This document shows positions 17,809 through 25,929 of a DNA stretch of 28,902 nt, piece by piece. Position 1 is the first letter of the stretch, and each line of letters starts with the position of its first letter. The position numbers and the translations under genes are program-made. This DNA is from a virus: the IMG/VR virus record IMGVR_UViG_3300045988_042831; one strand, 5' to 3'. Under the pieces are notes generated by a model that saw only the letters and a list, made by a program, of their open reading frames with translations, had not been told where the DNA came from and searched no databases.

Positions 17809-17880
17809 ACCTAATAACTCTATTATTTAGTATATAGATTAAATCGCACCATTTGGTACAAAAACGCCGAAAAGCAAAAA

Positions 17881-18273
17881 TTATTTTTCGCCCGGGCACT
17901 CATTTTTGAATAAACCATAATACTGACTTTTGAGCGTGTTGATCGCCGGAACTTTACCGCTTTTGCTCATCTGCGCTGCGACCCGGTCCCACGAATAGCC
18001 ATGAAACGCACGAAGCATCACGACGCGCCGCAACCATGCGCTTTTGATGCCGAATACAAATTGCTCTATCTCTTGCTTTTGCGCTTTGAGCTTTGCAATG
18101 TGCTCGGCATATCTCTGCGGCCCAAGCCCGCGCACGGTGATGGGATGTTCGGTAAACGGAAATTCATCCGATGATCCGCGCACTATATCGCTTATCACCG
18201 TTTTATTCTCGCGCTCAAGCTCTTCGATTTCCGCGCAGATGTCGGGGTATTGCTCCAAAAGTTCTTTTGTCAT
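17881..18273 (-). CDS. Late-gene transcriptional regulator, ArpU/RinA-like (sigma-70 region-4-type HTH)
   Basis: MTKELLEQYPDICAEIEELE...VRGSS..FP.....I.V.G.......I..FV..I...W.R.V..LR...G.SW..VA. This is the last gene before the packaging module. RBS AAGGAGG. Confidence 0.55.
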   Translation of the reverse strand: MTKELLEQYPDICAEIEELERENKTVISDIVRGSSDEFPFTEHPITVRGLGPQRYAEHIAKLKAQKQEIEQFVFGIKSAWLRRVVMLRAFHGYSWDRVAAQMSKSGKVPAINTLKSQYYGLFKNECPGEK

Positions 18274-18284
18274 TTCCCACCTCC

Positions 18285-18908
18285 TTACCCCCATTGATCG
18301 GCCATGGCTTTTGCCACGCCTGGATCTGTAGTAAACATACCTTTATATTGTCCTCCGTGTTTGTGACTGTAGCTCCCGCTCGGGCACCATGTAGCAACAG
18401 GCTCCACAACATTTGTAGATTCAAGCGGCGGAAGTCCTTTGAGCCACAAGCAGGTTTTTTTGGTGTAAGGATGGCCGAATTGATACGGCTGAATGGCCTG
18501 CGTATACGGCGGCAGGCAGAATACTTTTGATGGAACAGGGTTCTCAACGCATATAAGTGGTATGTCAGCCCACCAAAACCGCATAAACAAATCCCTACCT
18601 TGAATGCCAAGCATGACTCTGTCGGACTGTAGTTCATGGCCTTTCCACAAGTGCCTTGCGCCAGCGTTTGATAAGTAAGTGCAAGGTGGGTGTGCAATAA
18701 GCAAATCCCATTTGTCCGCGTGATGCTTTCTGCCGTCCATCGTTACAAAATCACCTCCATTCAAAATTTCCAATGCATCTCCTTGTATATGATATTCTGG
18801 ATGCCCACCCGAGCACGGTAAAACGTCGCAGCTAAAAGCATAATGTCCTTTGTCCCGGAAAGACATTGCTACCCGTTGGCTCTCTTCACAAGCCACTAAT
18901 ACATTCAT
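18285..18908 (-). CDS. C5-cytosine-methyltransferase-fold protein lacking a recognisable SAM-binding motif I
   Basis: HPPCTYLSNAG (PC motif IV-like), CVENPV (ENV motif VI-like), LWLKGLPPL and a C-terminal AKAMADQWG. The N-terminus reads VLVACEESQ where FxGxG would be expected. Confidence 0.55.
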   Translation of the reverse strand: MNVLVACEESQRVAMSFRDKGHYAFSCDVLPCSGGHPEYHIQGDALEILNGGDFVTMDGRKHHADKWDLLIAHPPCTYLSNAGARHLWKGHELQSDRVMLGIQGRDLFMRFWWADIPLICVENPVPSKVFCLPPYTQAIQPYQFGHPYTKKTCLWLKGLPPLESTNVVEPVATWCPSGSYSHKHGGQYKGMFTTDPGVAKAMADQWG

Positions 18909-19169
18909 TTACTCATCCTCCATCGGAAATTCGAGATCATCGAGGTAAAGTGCTTCGCCAAGGCCACGCGCAAGCATATACCATTGCAGGCCGGTAAAAT
19001 TCTTCGATTCCATCCGTATGATCTCGCTTTCTTCATCTTCCGGAGACGGAGCGAAAGTGACTACCAAGCCGCTTTCAACTGTTCTTTCTGTCCCGTCCTC
19101 GTATCGGATTGTAATCTTTTCTATCTGGCTTTTTTCTTTTGCTGCCCACTGCTTTTTTACAAGTGCCAT
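18909..19169 (-). CDS. Hypothetical acidic protein, 86 aa
   Basis: The ORF is tightly packed between the PAPS-reductase-like and MTase-fold genes (its TAA stop abuts the next ATG). Confidence 0.5.
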   Translation of the reverse strand: MALVKKQWAAKEKSQIEKITIRYEDGTERTVESGLVVTFAPSPEDEESEIIRMESKNFTGLQWYMLARGLGEALYLDDLEFPMEDE

Positions 19170-19181
19170 TTTGCTCCTCCT

Positions 19182-20276
19182 TTATTTATTTAACATCGTC
19201 TGCTCCGGCGCGAACTCTGCTTCCGGCGATCTCCACTCAACGCCTATATAATCAAGCACGTGTCCCCAACCGTATGTGTTACCGCTTTCGTCTGTGCAGC
19301 ATTTATTCATCCAAAAATCCCATTCTTTCGCATCTCTTTGCCACAGCGCATCAAATCGATGAGGCCTCTTCTCAAGCTGGATACCAAATCCGCACATTGA
19401 GCACCCTGTACGTTGCGCCTTAGTAGTATAAAGCGTTCCGTCGTTTCGCTGCTCTATTTTTCCGTAAATTTCCGGCACAGGTACCTCCAGCTCAATCGCG
19501 AGGCGCAACAAGTCTTGCCGCGAAAAGATAGCAAATGGGCAGCTTCTTTTTGTTCCGGGCGAAATGTAGTTGCATCCGTGCATCATCAAGGCCTTTTCTC
19601 TTCTTCCGCCTTCAGAAGCCATCAGCCCCATATACGGAAAACGACCCGATTTTTTTGCGTAATCGTTGCATGGCTTTTCCTTCAGATAATAGCAACATTT
19701 ATCTGATACCAAAAAATCCGGCTTGCCGTAATTTACATTTTCATTTTCGTTCTCGTAACCCCCGAACTTCTCAAGCCATTTTTGTGAAAGTTTCATCCTC
19801 GTGTTTTTTCGGTATCCGCCATATTCGCCCGTTTCGCCCGTAATGATTGCATGCCGCACGGTTGCGTTTTTGGGGCTTGGATTTTGCAGCAGGCTTATTT
19901 TTCCGGCGATCTCTTTTGATAACACTGGCCACCCAAACTCACGGATAACTTGTACTTTGCTTTTGAGTGGTTTAAGCGCTTGTACTCCGAGCTGCCGATG
20001 AACACTTTGTATGCTCTTATCCTCGAGTATGGATACAGATACAGCCGGTACATTAATCCCAATTTTACGCAAAAACATTAAAAGCGTAATGCTATCCAAT
20101 CCGCCTACGGCAACGTAACAGTTTCCCGCCACGTCTGGGTGGTTGTAAAATTCCCATGCTCTTGCCTCTGCATATTTAATTTTAAAATCGTAATCCAACT
20201 TTTGCTTTACTCTAAAATCTGCAATTTTCTTTTCGGTGTTGAGCCGTTTATTTCTTTCAATGCAATTTTCTGTCAT
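19182..20276 (-). CDS. PAPS reductase / PP-loop ATPase family protein (DndC-like, phage type)
   Basis: PP-loop-like VAVGGLDSITL and a C-terminal Cys cluster RTGCSMCGFG. 364 aa. Confidence 0.7.
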   Translation of the reverse strand: MTENCIERNKRLNTEKKIADFRVKQKLDYDFKIKYAEARAWEFYNHPDVAGNCYVAVGGLDSITLLMFLRKIGINVPAVSVSILEDKSIQSVHRQLGVQALKPLKSKVQVIREFGWPVLSKEIAGKISLLQNPSPKNATVRHAIITGETGEYGGYRKNTRMKLSQKWLEKFGGYENENENVNYGKPDFLVSDKCCYYLKEKPCNDYAKKSGRFPYMGLMASEGGRREKALMMHGCNYISPGTKRSCPFAIFSRQDLLRLAIELEVPVPEIYGKIEQRNDGTLYTTKAQRTGCSMCGFGIQLEKRPHRFDALWQRDAKEWDFWMNKCCTDESGNTYGWGHVLDYIGVEWRSPEAEFAPEQTMLNK

Positions 20277-20291
20277 CGCTTGTTTCTCCTT

Positions 20292-20690
20292 TTATGCTGC
20301 TACGTATGCCACCGCTGCGGCGATGCCCACAAAGCCAAGCACCACCATAGCTTTCACGCATCGCTCAAGCCCGGCGATATTGTCCGCTGCGTCGTACTCC
20401 CGCGACTTGCGCATCACGATGCACTCCGTGAGCGTCGCCGAGATTACGAGCACGACCAACTTTCCGTTCTTTCGCGCAACGATCACACGTTTGCCACCTT
20501 CTGGCAGTTTCTCTTTCACGTAGATCCATCTGCGTGCATTTAAGTGCTCAACCGCCTCCCTGATAATCGCGCACCCATACACGCCGCAGTTATGCTCATG
20601 CCCACAACCGAGGCAGCACAAGGAGTCTGCCAGCGAGCCGGTCTCCGATTCCATGCGCTCAAGCGCATTGATGAGTTCATCTGTTGTCAT
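20292..20690 (-). CDS. Hypothetical protein with a Cys cluster and a C-terminal TM helix
   Basis: MTTDELINALERMESE...CCLGCGHEHNCGVYGC...VVLGFVGIAAAVAYVAA. The start at 20690 has an AAAGGAAG RBS. Confidence 0.5.
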   Translation of the reverse strand: MTTDELINALERMESETGSLADSLCCLGCGHEHNCGVYGCAIIREAVEHLNARRWIYVKEKLPEGGKRVIVARKNGKLVVLVISATLTECIVMRKSREYDAADNIAGLERCVKAMVVLGFVGIAAAVAYVAA

Positions 20691-20901
20691 ATCTGATCTT
20701 CCTTTTATGTTTTTTCTCAACGGCTTTCCGCACGTCGCGGTGGAAGCCTACCTCGTCTATTGCTTTCGCGCGCTGCTTGCCCTCAAGCAATTTTGTGAGC
20801 TTGTATCTCATGTACCTTTGGCACGTGCTGTGGCAAGTCTCACGCTCGTTTGCATATCTGTCCGGGCAGTTCTGCGGGCATGGACCCAGACGTTGCATCA
20901 T
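20677..20901 (-). CDS. Cys-rich 74-aa protein
   Basis: MMQRLGPCPQNCPDRY..ETCHSTCQRY. It has an ATGA overlap with the upstream gene at 20898-20901. Confidence 0.45.
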   Translation of the reverse strand: MMQRLGPCPQNCPDRYANERETCHSTCQRYMRYKLTKLLEGKQRAKAIDEVGFHRDVRKAVEKKHKRKIRYDNR

Positions 20902-21230
20902 TCTGTCAGCACCACCTTTTGCGTTTGCGGTTCCGCCGTCCACTTTTCCACGTCCACGCCGATCTGGCGCAGCTTGTAAAGCAAAATAAATTCGGCATTA
21001 TCCTGCATGTCGTAATGTTTGAGTAATTCCGCTCGGTGCACCGCCATGCAGTCCCACACGCGGCGGAGGCGGTCGGCGCCGAACCCGAATTCTTCATGCA
21101 GCGCCCAAAGCAGCATGGCACAGATTTCAGCCGAAAACTTTTCATCAAGCTCGTGCACCTGCCTCGCTATTTCCGCTTTCAACGCCGCTTTTTCCACTTT
21201 GCTCATTTGGTATCGCTGTAAAGCTTTCAT
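20898..21230 (-). CDS. Hypothetical protein, 110 aa
   Basis: ORF with a GGAGGAAAC RBS region. No family was recognised. Confidence 0.5.
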   Translation of the reverse strand: MKALQRYQMSKVEKAALKAEIARQVHELDEKFSAEICAMLLWALHEEFGFGADRLRRVWDCMAVHRAELLKHYDMQDNAEFILLYKLRQIGVDVEKWTAEPQTQKVVLTE

Positions 21231-21234
21231 TGCT

Positions 21235-21450
21235 TTATCGTTTCCTCCGTTTCTTGTCGCAGTTTTCTGGCTGGCATCCGCGTGGGAGGCCCGTATCGTA
21301 GCAATAGCAACACACGCTGTATCGGTCTCCGCGAGAGCCTATCCCGCGCCTGTATATGCAGCCTCGGCAGCTCGCCCGCCGATTTGTCCCCGAAAGCATT
21401 ATGTAGTACGGCTCTTTAATGCCTGTTATGCTAAATTTACGTATGTCCAT
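21235..21450 (-). CDS. Cys-rich 71-aa protein
   Basis: ..SCRGCIYRR...SVCCYCYDTGLPRGCQPENC.. It overlaps the RusA 3' end by 14 nt. Confidence 0.45.
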   Translation of the reverse strand: MDIRKFSITGIKEPYYIMLSGTNRRASCRGCIYRRGIGSRGDRYSVCCYCYDTGLPRGCQPENCDKKRRKR

Positions 21451-21886
21451 CGCTTTTGCTCTCCTTTCCCTCTATCGTCACCCAGACACTTGGTATATCC
21501 GACGACCATCGTTTACAGATCTTTGCATTCACAATCTGCGCGTCATCTCTGTAAGCAAAGCCGTTCAATGCATCGCACACGATCTTCATCACGTTGTCCA
21601 GGTCCGGCTTTTTCATCGGGAAAAGTGCGCCGCTCGTCATCAGCATTTGCTTTCGCTTGCTGGCGCTCTTCGGAATGCCCAGAAACGCCGTGATGATTAT
21701 ATCGATCGGTGCATCATCAGCAAAGCGCCTACCATGTGCCTCTGCTAAAAAGCGTTGCCGCACAAGCTCCTCATACGCCACGGTTTTATCGGGCGTGTAG
21801 CTCATGCTGCGCCCGGATTTCATCCGCACTACACGCGGCCGGGCTTTTCCCTGCGGTTTGCCCGGTATTATAAATTTGATTTTCAT
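21437..21886 (-). CDS. rusA: RusA-family Holliday junction resolvase
   Basis: IPGKPQGKARPR...KPDLDN..K.V.DALNG..Y.DD.QI pattern. Confidence 0.85.
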   Translation of the reverse strand: MKIKFIIPGKPQGKARPRVVRMKSGRSMSYTPDKTVAYEELVRQRFLAEAHGRRFADDAPIDIIITAFLGIPKSASKRKQMLMTSGALFPMKKPDLDNVMKIVCDALNGFAYRDDAQIVNAKICKRWSSDIPSVWVTIEGKESKSDGHT

Positions 21887-21895
21887 GCGCCCTCC

Positions 21896-22294
21896 TCAGA
21901 ATGGTAAATCATCGTCAGAAATAGCATTGTAATCATCTTCCGTTGGTGTCGGTTTTGCAGCGGCCTCTCGCTTTTCGCCCGTGAAAGCGGCGCTGCTCAC
22001 AAGCAACTCAGTCGCCTTCCGCTTGTTGCCGTCCTTGTCCGTGTAGTTGCGTGTCTGGAGCTCGCCGTCAAGCGCGATCATCGCGCCTTTGCTAAAATAT
22101 TTTGCGATAAACTCCGCTGAGTTGCGCCACGCCACACAATCAATAAAATCCGACTGGTACTCGCCGTTAGCGTCCTTAAAGCTGCGTGTCACCGCCACGC
22201 AAAACTGGCACACAGCGGTGCCGCTTTGCGTATGCCGCAGCTCCAAGTCTCTTGTGATACGCCCCATAATATGTACGCCATTACTTGCGCTCAT
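21896..22294 (-). CDS. ssb: Single-stranded DNA-binding protein
   Basis: OB-fold N-terminus (NGVHIMGRITRDLELRHT..G) and an acidic tail ending in DDDLPF. Confidence 0.9.
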   Translation of the reverse strand: MSASNGVHIMGRITRDLELRHTQSGTAVCQFCVAVTRSFKDANGEYQSDFIDCVAWRNSAEFIAKYFSKGAMIALDGELQTRNYTDKDGNKRKATELLVSSAAFTGEKREAAAKPTPTEDDYNAISDDDLPF

Positions 22295-22295
22295 T

Positions 22296-23117
22296 TTAAA
22301 ATCCTCCTAATCTGTAATTACGGGATGTATCCCGCTTAATGTTGTTTGTATGCGCCCGGGCCCGCTCGGCAATGCGCGATCCGATCGCATCATCGAGCTG
22401 CAAAATCTCCGCTATGGTCAGCTCGGAAGAAATCACTGTCATCTTGCGCCCGTTGTATCGGTTGTTGATGATCTCGTATGCAAGGTTTAAGTCTCCCTGC
22501 GTCGGCGGTGACTTTTTGCCATTGTCGCCTGCGCCTGTGCGCAAAAAATCATCGAGGTAAAGGCAGTCTGTTTTCATCAGCTCGTCCATACGTGCAGTAT
22601 ATTCGGGCTCATTGATGCAGGCTTTTAATTCCGCCGCAATTCTCTTCCACGGCGTATAGATTGCCGATTTTCCGTTTTGGAGCAGCTTGCCTACAATGGC
22701 GGTGCAAATATGCGTTTTTCCCGCTCCGACCTGCCCGCCGACAAAAAACCATCCTTCGGGGTTCCGGCAATAATCGCACGCGCTGCGCATGATCTGTTCC
22801 TGCCACGGTTCTCGAATTTCGTAGGATTTAAAAGTGTATCGGTTCATAATATCTTTGAGACCGCTTTTCTCTATCCGCTGCCACGATCTGCGCACCGCCA
22901 TACAGCTGCACTCTTTCGCTACCTCATAGCCGTCTTCAAGCGCATAGATCACGCCTTTGCTTTTGCACTCCGGGCAGTCCATGCCGGGCAGATCACCCGG
23001 CAGTGCATTTAGCACATCGATTTGACGCTGGCGGTAGTCATCAAACGAGCGTACCGCCGTACTTTTCGTACGGATTGACGCTGGTATCATTTCGCGGAAG
23101 CTCTCCATGTCTTGCAC
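22296..23117 (-). CDS. DnaC/IstB-like AAA+ helicase loader
   Basis: Walker A GGQVGAGKTH and Walker B CLYLDDF. There is an N-terminal CPEC...C zinc-ribbon-like motif. The start is uncertain and overlaps the upstream gene by 50-77 nt. Confidence 0.8.
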   Translation of the reverse strand: MQDMESFREMIPASIRTKSTAVRSFDDYRQRQIDVLNALPGDLPGMDCPECKSKGVIYALEDGYEVAKECSCMAVRRSWQRIEKSGLKDIMNRYTFKSYEIREPWQEQIMRSACDYCRNPEGWFFVGGQVGAGKTHICTAIVGKLLQNGKSAIYTPWKRIAAELKACINEPEYTARMDELMKTDCLYLDDFLRTGAGDNGKKSPPTQGDLNLAYEIINNRYNGRKMTVISSELTIAEILQLDDAIGSRIAERARAHTNNIKRDTSRNYRLGGF

Positions 23118-23925
23118 CTCCTTTGTCCTGCTCGCGCGCCAACCAGCGGTTGATAAACGCCAGTGCGCCGCGCTTTGTCTTACGGTTTTGCGGGTTTGCC
23201 TCGCTCCATCCGATCATTTTACGTATTTCTTGCTCTATATCTACTGCCGGATATAGAGCAGCCCATTTGCTTATGTCCTCTTTGCTTATCGGATAATAAG
23301 AGCCGTCATGGAGTATCAGTCGGTATGCCGGCGCTGAGGCGGACTCGTCCGCGCTCTGCGCATACTCCTTTACTTTACTTTCCTTTACTTTACTTTCCTT
23401 TACTTTACTTTGTGGGTTTTCCGTCGGTTTACTTGGGTTTTCCGTCGGTTTACTGGGGTTTTCCGTCGGAAAACTCGATAAAAGCGTAACTTTATTACGG
23501 ATGTTCGCCGGAACATCTCTTTCGTCGCTTATATCAAGCAAAAAATACTCTTTAATAAATCGCACATCAGCTCTGTTCTTTCCGATGATTCTCAAGTATC
23601 TTTGCTGTATTCCGTGAGAGGTGAGCACGCCAAACGCATTGTAGATACCCTCGTCAAAAAGAGAACGTCTGCAGCACCCTCGTACTACCTCCATAATAAA
23701 ACTCGCTTCGCAACCACCACCGACACCCTCGGACATCAGGAGGCAGTCTTCTTCGCCGAATTTTGCATAATATCCGTTTTCGCTGTACGCCATATTGATA
23801 AGCTCTAAAGCTATATAAGCGCCCTTTATTCCAAATTCGGAGCGAATCAAACGGAATTTACGATCTTGGAAAAGTCCCACATCAAAAGGCCAATAGTCCA
23901 CATTTTCTTTCTGCGGTCTCGCCAT
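23041..23925 (-). CDS. Phage replisome organiser / replication initiator (DUF4373-type N-terminal domain)
   Basis: ..VDYWPFDVGLFQDRKFRLIRSEFGIKGAYIALELINMAY.. N-terminus. Central ENPSKPT x3 and SKVKE x3 repeats are encoded by DNA iterons. Confidence 0.7.
   Translation of the reverse strand: MARPQKENVDYWPFDVGLFQDRKFRLIRSEFGIKGAYIALELINMAYSENGYYAKFGEEDCLLMSEGVGGGCEASFIMEVVRGCCRRSLFDEGIYNAFGVLTSHGIQQRYLRIIGKNRADVRFIKEYFLLDISDERDVPANIRNKVTLLSSFPTENPSKPTENPSKPTENPQSKVKESKVKESKVKEYAQSADESASAPAYRLILHDGSYYPISKEDISKWAALYPAVDIEQEIRKMIGWSEANPQNRKTKRGALAFINRWLAREQDKGGARHGELPRNDTSVNPYEKYGGTLV
23367..23470. repeat. Two adjacent tandem repeat sets inside the replisome organiser gene: 15 bp x3 (23367-23411) and 21 bp x about 2.7 (23414-23470)
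   Basis: cctttactttacttt x3, then gggttttccgtcggtttact(t/g) repeated. Read directly from the sequence. Confidence 0.9.
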
Positions 23926-23995
23926 CGTCGACTTTCCTTTCTGCTACCCGCCACAGGTATCCGCCACCCACCCGAAGGCAAACAACGGATAACCG

Positions 23996-24268
23996 CTAAA
24001 GGTAGTTTTTATAAAACTCTCGGCGGAAATCATCGATATTCCAACCGTTTTCTGCCATGGCTTTGCGCTGCCCGTATTCGTGCAGTTTTTGCATCGCCTT
24101 GGCGTTGTGGTGTACCCCGTAGGGCGGCTCATTGTGACAACTATGGCACAGCGTAACGACTAATCCGTAGCGCTCGCTTTTCTTGCGCAGCACACCGCCG
24201 AATATATGGTGCCGCTCGACCACACCATAGCAACCACAAATAAAGCACTCACCAATCATCTTGCCCAC
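23996..24268 (-). CDS. HNH-type zinc-finger nuclease module (C-terminal half of an HNHc_6-like protein)
   Basis: CFICG....ERHHIFGG..RKKSE..GL.V.LCHSCHN....VHHN. Confidence 0.55.
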   Translation of the reverse strand: MGKMIGECFICGCYGVVERHHIFGGVLRKKSERYGLVVTLCHSCHNEPPYGVHHNAKAMQKLHEYGQRKAMAENGWNIDDFRREFYKNYL

Positions 24269-24780
24269 TCATCTTTCAGGGCTTCCAGCTTGTCCGGCGG
24301 TAGCGTTTCCACGCCCACCGCCCGGCAGTCCTGTACAATATTATCGATCAAACGCGCCATCTGCGCTCTGTCGTATGTACTGGATCCGTAGTATACAATC
24401 ACATTCGTGCAGCCCCGCACTTTGCTGGGCAGTACATCCGTTACCCAGCCGAGCCCGTTGTGCTGCCACATCTGCCGCAGTTTGTTCACGGCGGAATTTA
24501 TCACGCACACCGTGTCACAGTTGCCGCCGATGTTTCGCACCGCTTCGCGGTAAATCAGCTCTTTCGGTTGGTTCGTCGCCTCTGCAAGCTTATCGCAAAG
24601 CACCCAAAAATAGGCATTTGCATCCAAGCTGCGCTTTTGCCGGTACTCTTTTACCTCGCACGTATACATACGCTCGCGCATACCAAGCACAAACCGTCTT
24701 GCGGCGGGTGTGTTGATGACTTTGAGGCAAAGCTCTCCGTCTTCGTTCACGTGGGCGGCTGTAAAATCAAATTGCACCAT
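24256..24780 (-). CDS. Recombination-module protein resembling the N-terminal part of 'putative HNHc nuclease' (HNHc_6-like) phage proteins
   Basis: ..KQKRSLDANAYFWVLCDKLAE... and C-terminal ..GVETLPPDKLEALK.. match my recollection of that family. It overlaps the next ORF by 13 nt. Confidence 0.45.
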   Translation of the reverse strand: MVQFDFTAAHVNEDGELCLKVINTPAARRFVLGMRERMYTCEVKEYRQKRSLDANAYFWVLCDKLAEATNQPKELIYREAVRNIGGNCDTVCVINSAVNKLRQMWQHNGLGWVTDVLPSKVRGCTNVIVYYGSSTYDRAQMARLIDNIVQDCRAVGVETLPPDKLEALKDEWAR

Positions 24781-25423
24781 TCAGGCCACCAGCTTTCTCC
24801 GCCGCCTTTTCGGCTTTGATCTCTTTTCCTAAGCACTCAAAGCAAAGCTGTCGGTCATACCTTTTTTGCGCATACAACGCAATATCGCCCGCTTTCCAAA
24901 CGCTGCCGTCTTTTTTCTTTCCGTCGCGGATCGTCTTACCGCACTGCGCGCAGGTGTATTCTTCATCCTGCTCCGGCGTGTCGGCGTTATACTTTGTACG
25001 TCCTGACGCCCAGTAAATGTCCGCGCCGAAGCCTAAAGCTTTGCAAGCTACGGAGATCGCGTCTGTAAGCGCCATTTTGTAGCATTCATCGGATGCACGC
25101 AGATTATTACCCTTTTCCGCCGCCACAAACTTTGAGCCGCCCGTGCCCGGAATAGGCTCCGACCAGTCCGCATCCGGTGTGATCTTGTATTGCAACTCGA
25201 TGTCCACGAACGCCCCCACCTCGCCGGTGCTGGCGGTCTCAAGCCACTCGCGCACAATCTTGTATTTCCATCCGATGCCGCACGGCCCGAATAGCTCTGT
25301 CAGCTCTCGTATGCGCCACATGGGGTTGATGTCCGTCATACCGTTGAGCCGTCCGCCGGTGATCCGCTTTTGTGCGCTGTCCGGTACAGCGCTCACGGCG
25401 TTGTAAATATCCATGTTACCCAT
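24767..25423 (-). CDS. Single-strand annealing protein, Rad52-like (Sak family) with a C-terminal zinc ribbon
   Basis: ..GGRLNGMTDINPMWRIRELTELFGPCGIGWKY.. plus CAQCG...CFEC. Confidence 0.75.
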   Translation of the reverse strand: MGNMDIYNAVSAVPDSAQKRITGGRLNGMTDINPMWRIRELTELFGPCGIGWKYKIVREWLETASTGEVGAFVDIELQYKITPDADWSEPIPGTGGSKFVAAEKGNNLRASDECYKMALTDAISVACKALGFGADIYWASGRTKYNADTPEQDEEYTCAQCGKTIRDGKKKDGSVWKAGDIALYAQKRYDRQLCFECLGKEIKAEKAAEKAGGLNGAI

Positions 25424-25929
25424 CAGCGCACCGCCAGTCTGTACCCGGCTACCAATTTAGCCCCCGGGAGCTCCTCGCCCGCTTTTAGCGCGTCGCGCAC
25501 GGCAACTTTGTTGATCTCCGGCGCTTTCTGGCGGATAAACTCTTCATGGTCGAGCGTAGCCCATGCGATAAAGTCATCGGCGTTTTCGATTTCAAGCGCC
25601 GGGGCTTTTTTTGCTACGGAGACCACGTTGCGCGCCGTTTCGATTTTGCTTTTTCCTACCGCCTGCATCTGCTGCATGGTGTAGGATTTAAGCTGATCCG
25701 CTGTTGCTTCATGGCGCTTCATCCGCGCGGTCAGCGCGTCGATCTCTTTTTTGATCGCTTCTGCGGTTGCCAGCTCATCTTTGATGATGCACGCGATGCT
25801 GTCCACTTTTGTCTCAAACTCATCATCGATGCTTTCAAGCGTGTCTGCGAGCGCTTCGAGAGGGACGCTTTCATCCTCCGCCATCTGCTCTAAAGCCTCG
25901 TATTGCTCCGCATACTCATACAGTTTCAT
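25423..25929 (-). CDS. Siphovirus Gp157-family protein
   Basis: MKLYEYAEQYEALEQM.......IDDEFE.K.DSIACIIKDL.A...A.K.EI..L..R pattern. It lies upstream of the SSAP. Confidence 0.65.
   Translation of the reverse strand: MKLYEYAEQYEALEQMAEDESVPLEALADTLESIDDEFETKVDSIACIIKDELATAEAIKKEIDALTARMKRHEATADQLKSYTMQQMQAVGKSKIETARNVVSVAKKAPALEIENADDFIAWATLDHEEFIRQKAPEINKVAVRDALKAGEELPGAKLVAGYRLAVR

Noticed and set aside
18215-18697. The 160-aa minus-strand ORF overlapping the MTase-fold gene, and other nested ORFs (for example 13701-14168, 9157-9594, 4775-5182)
   Set aside because: They are alternative frames inside longer genes that have recognisable motifs. They have no RBS and are compositionally biased (Arg/Cys-rich).
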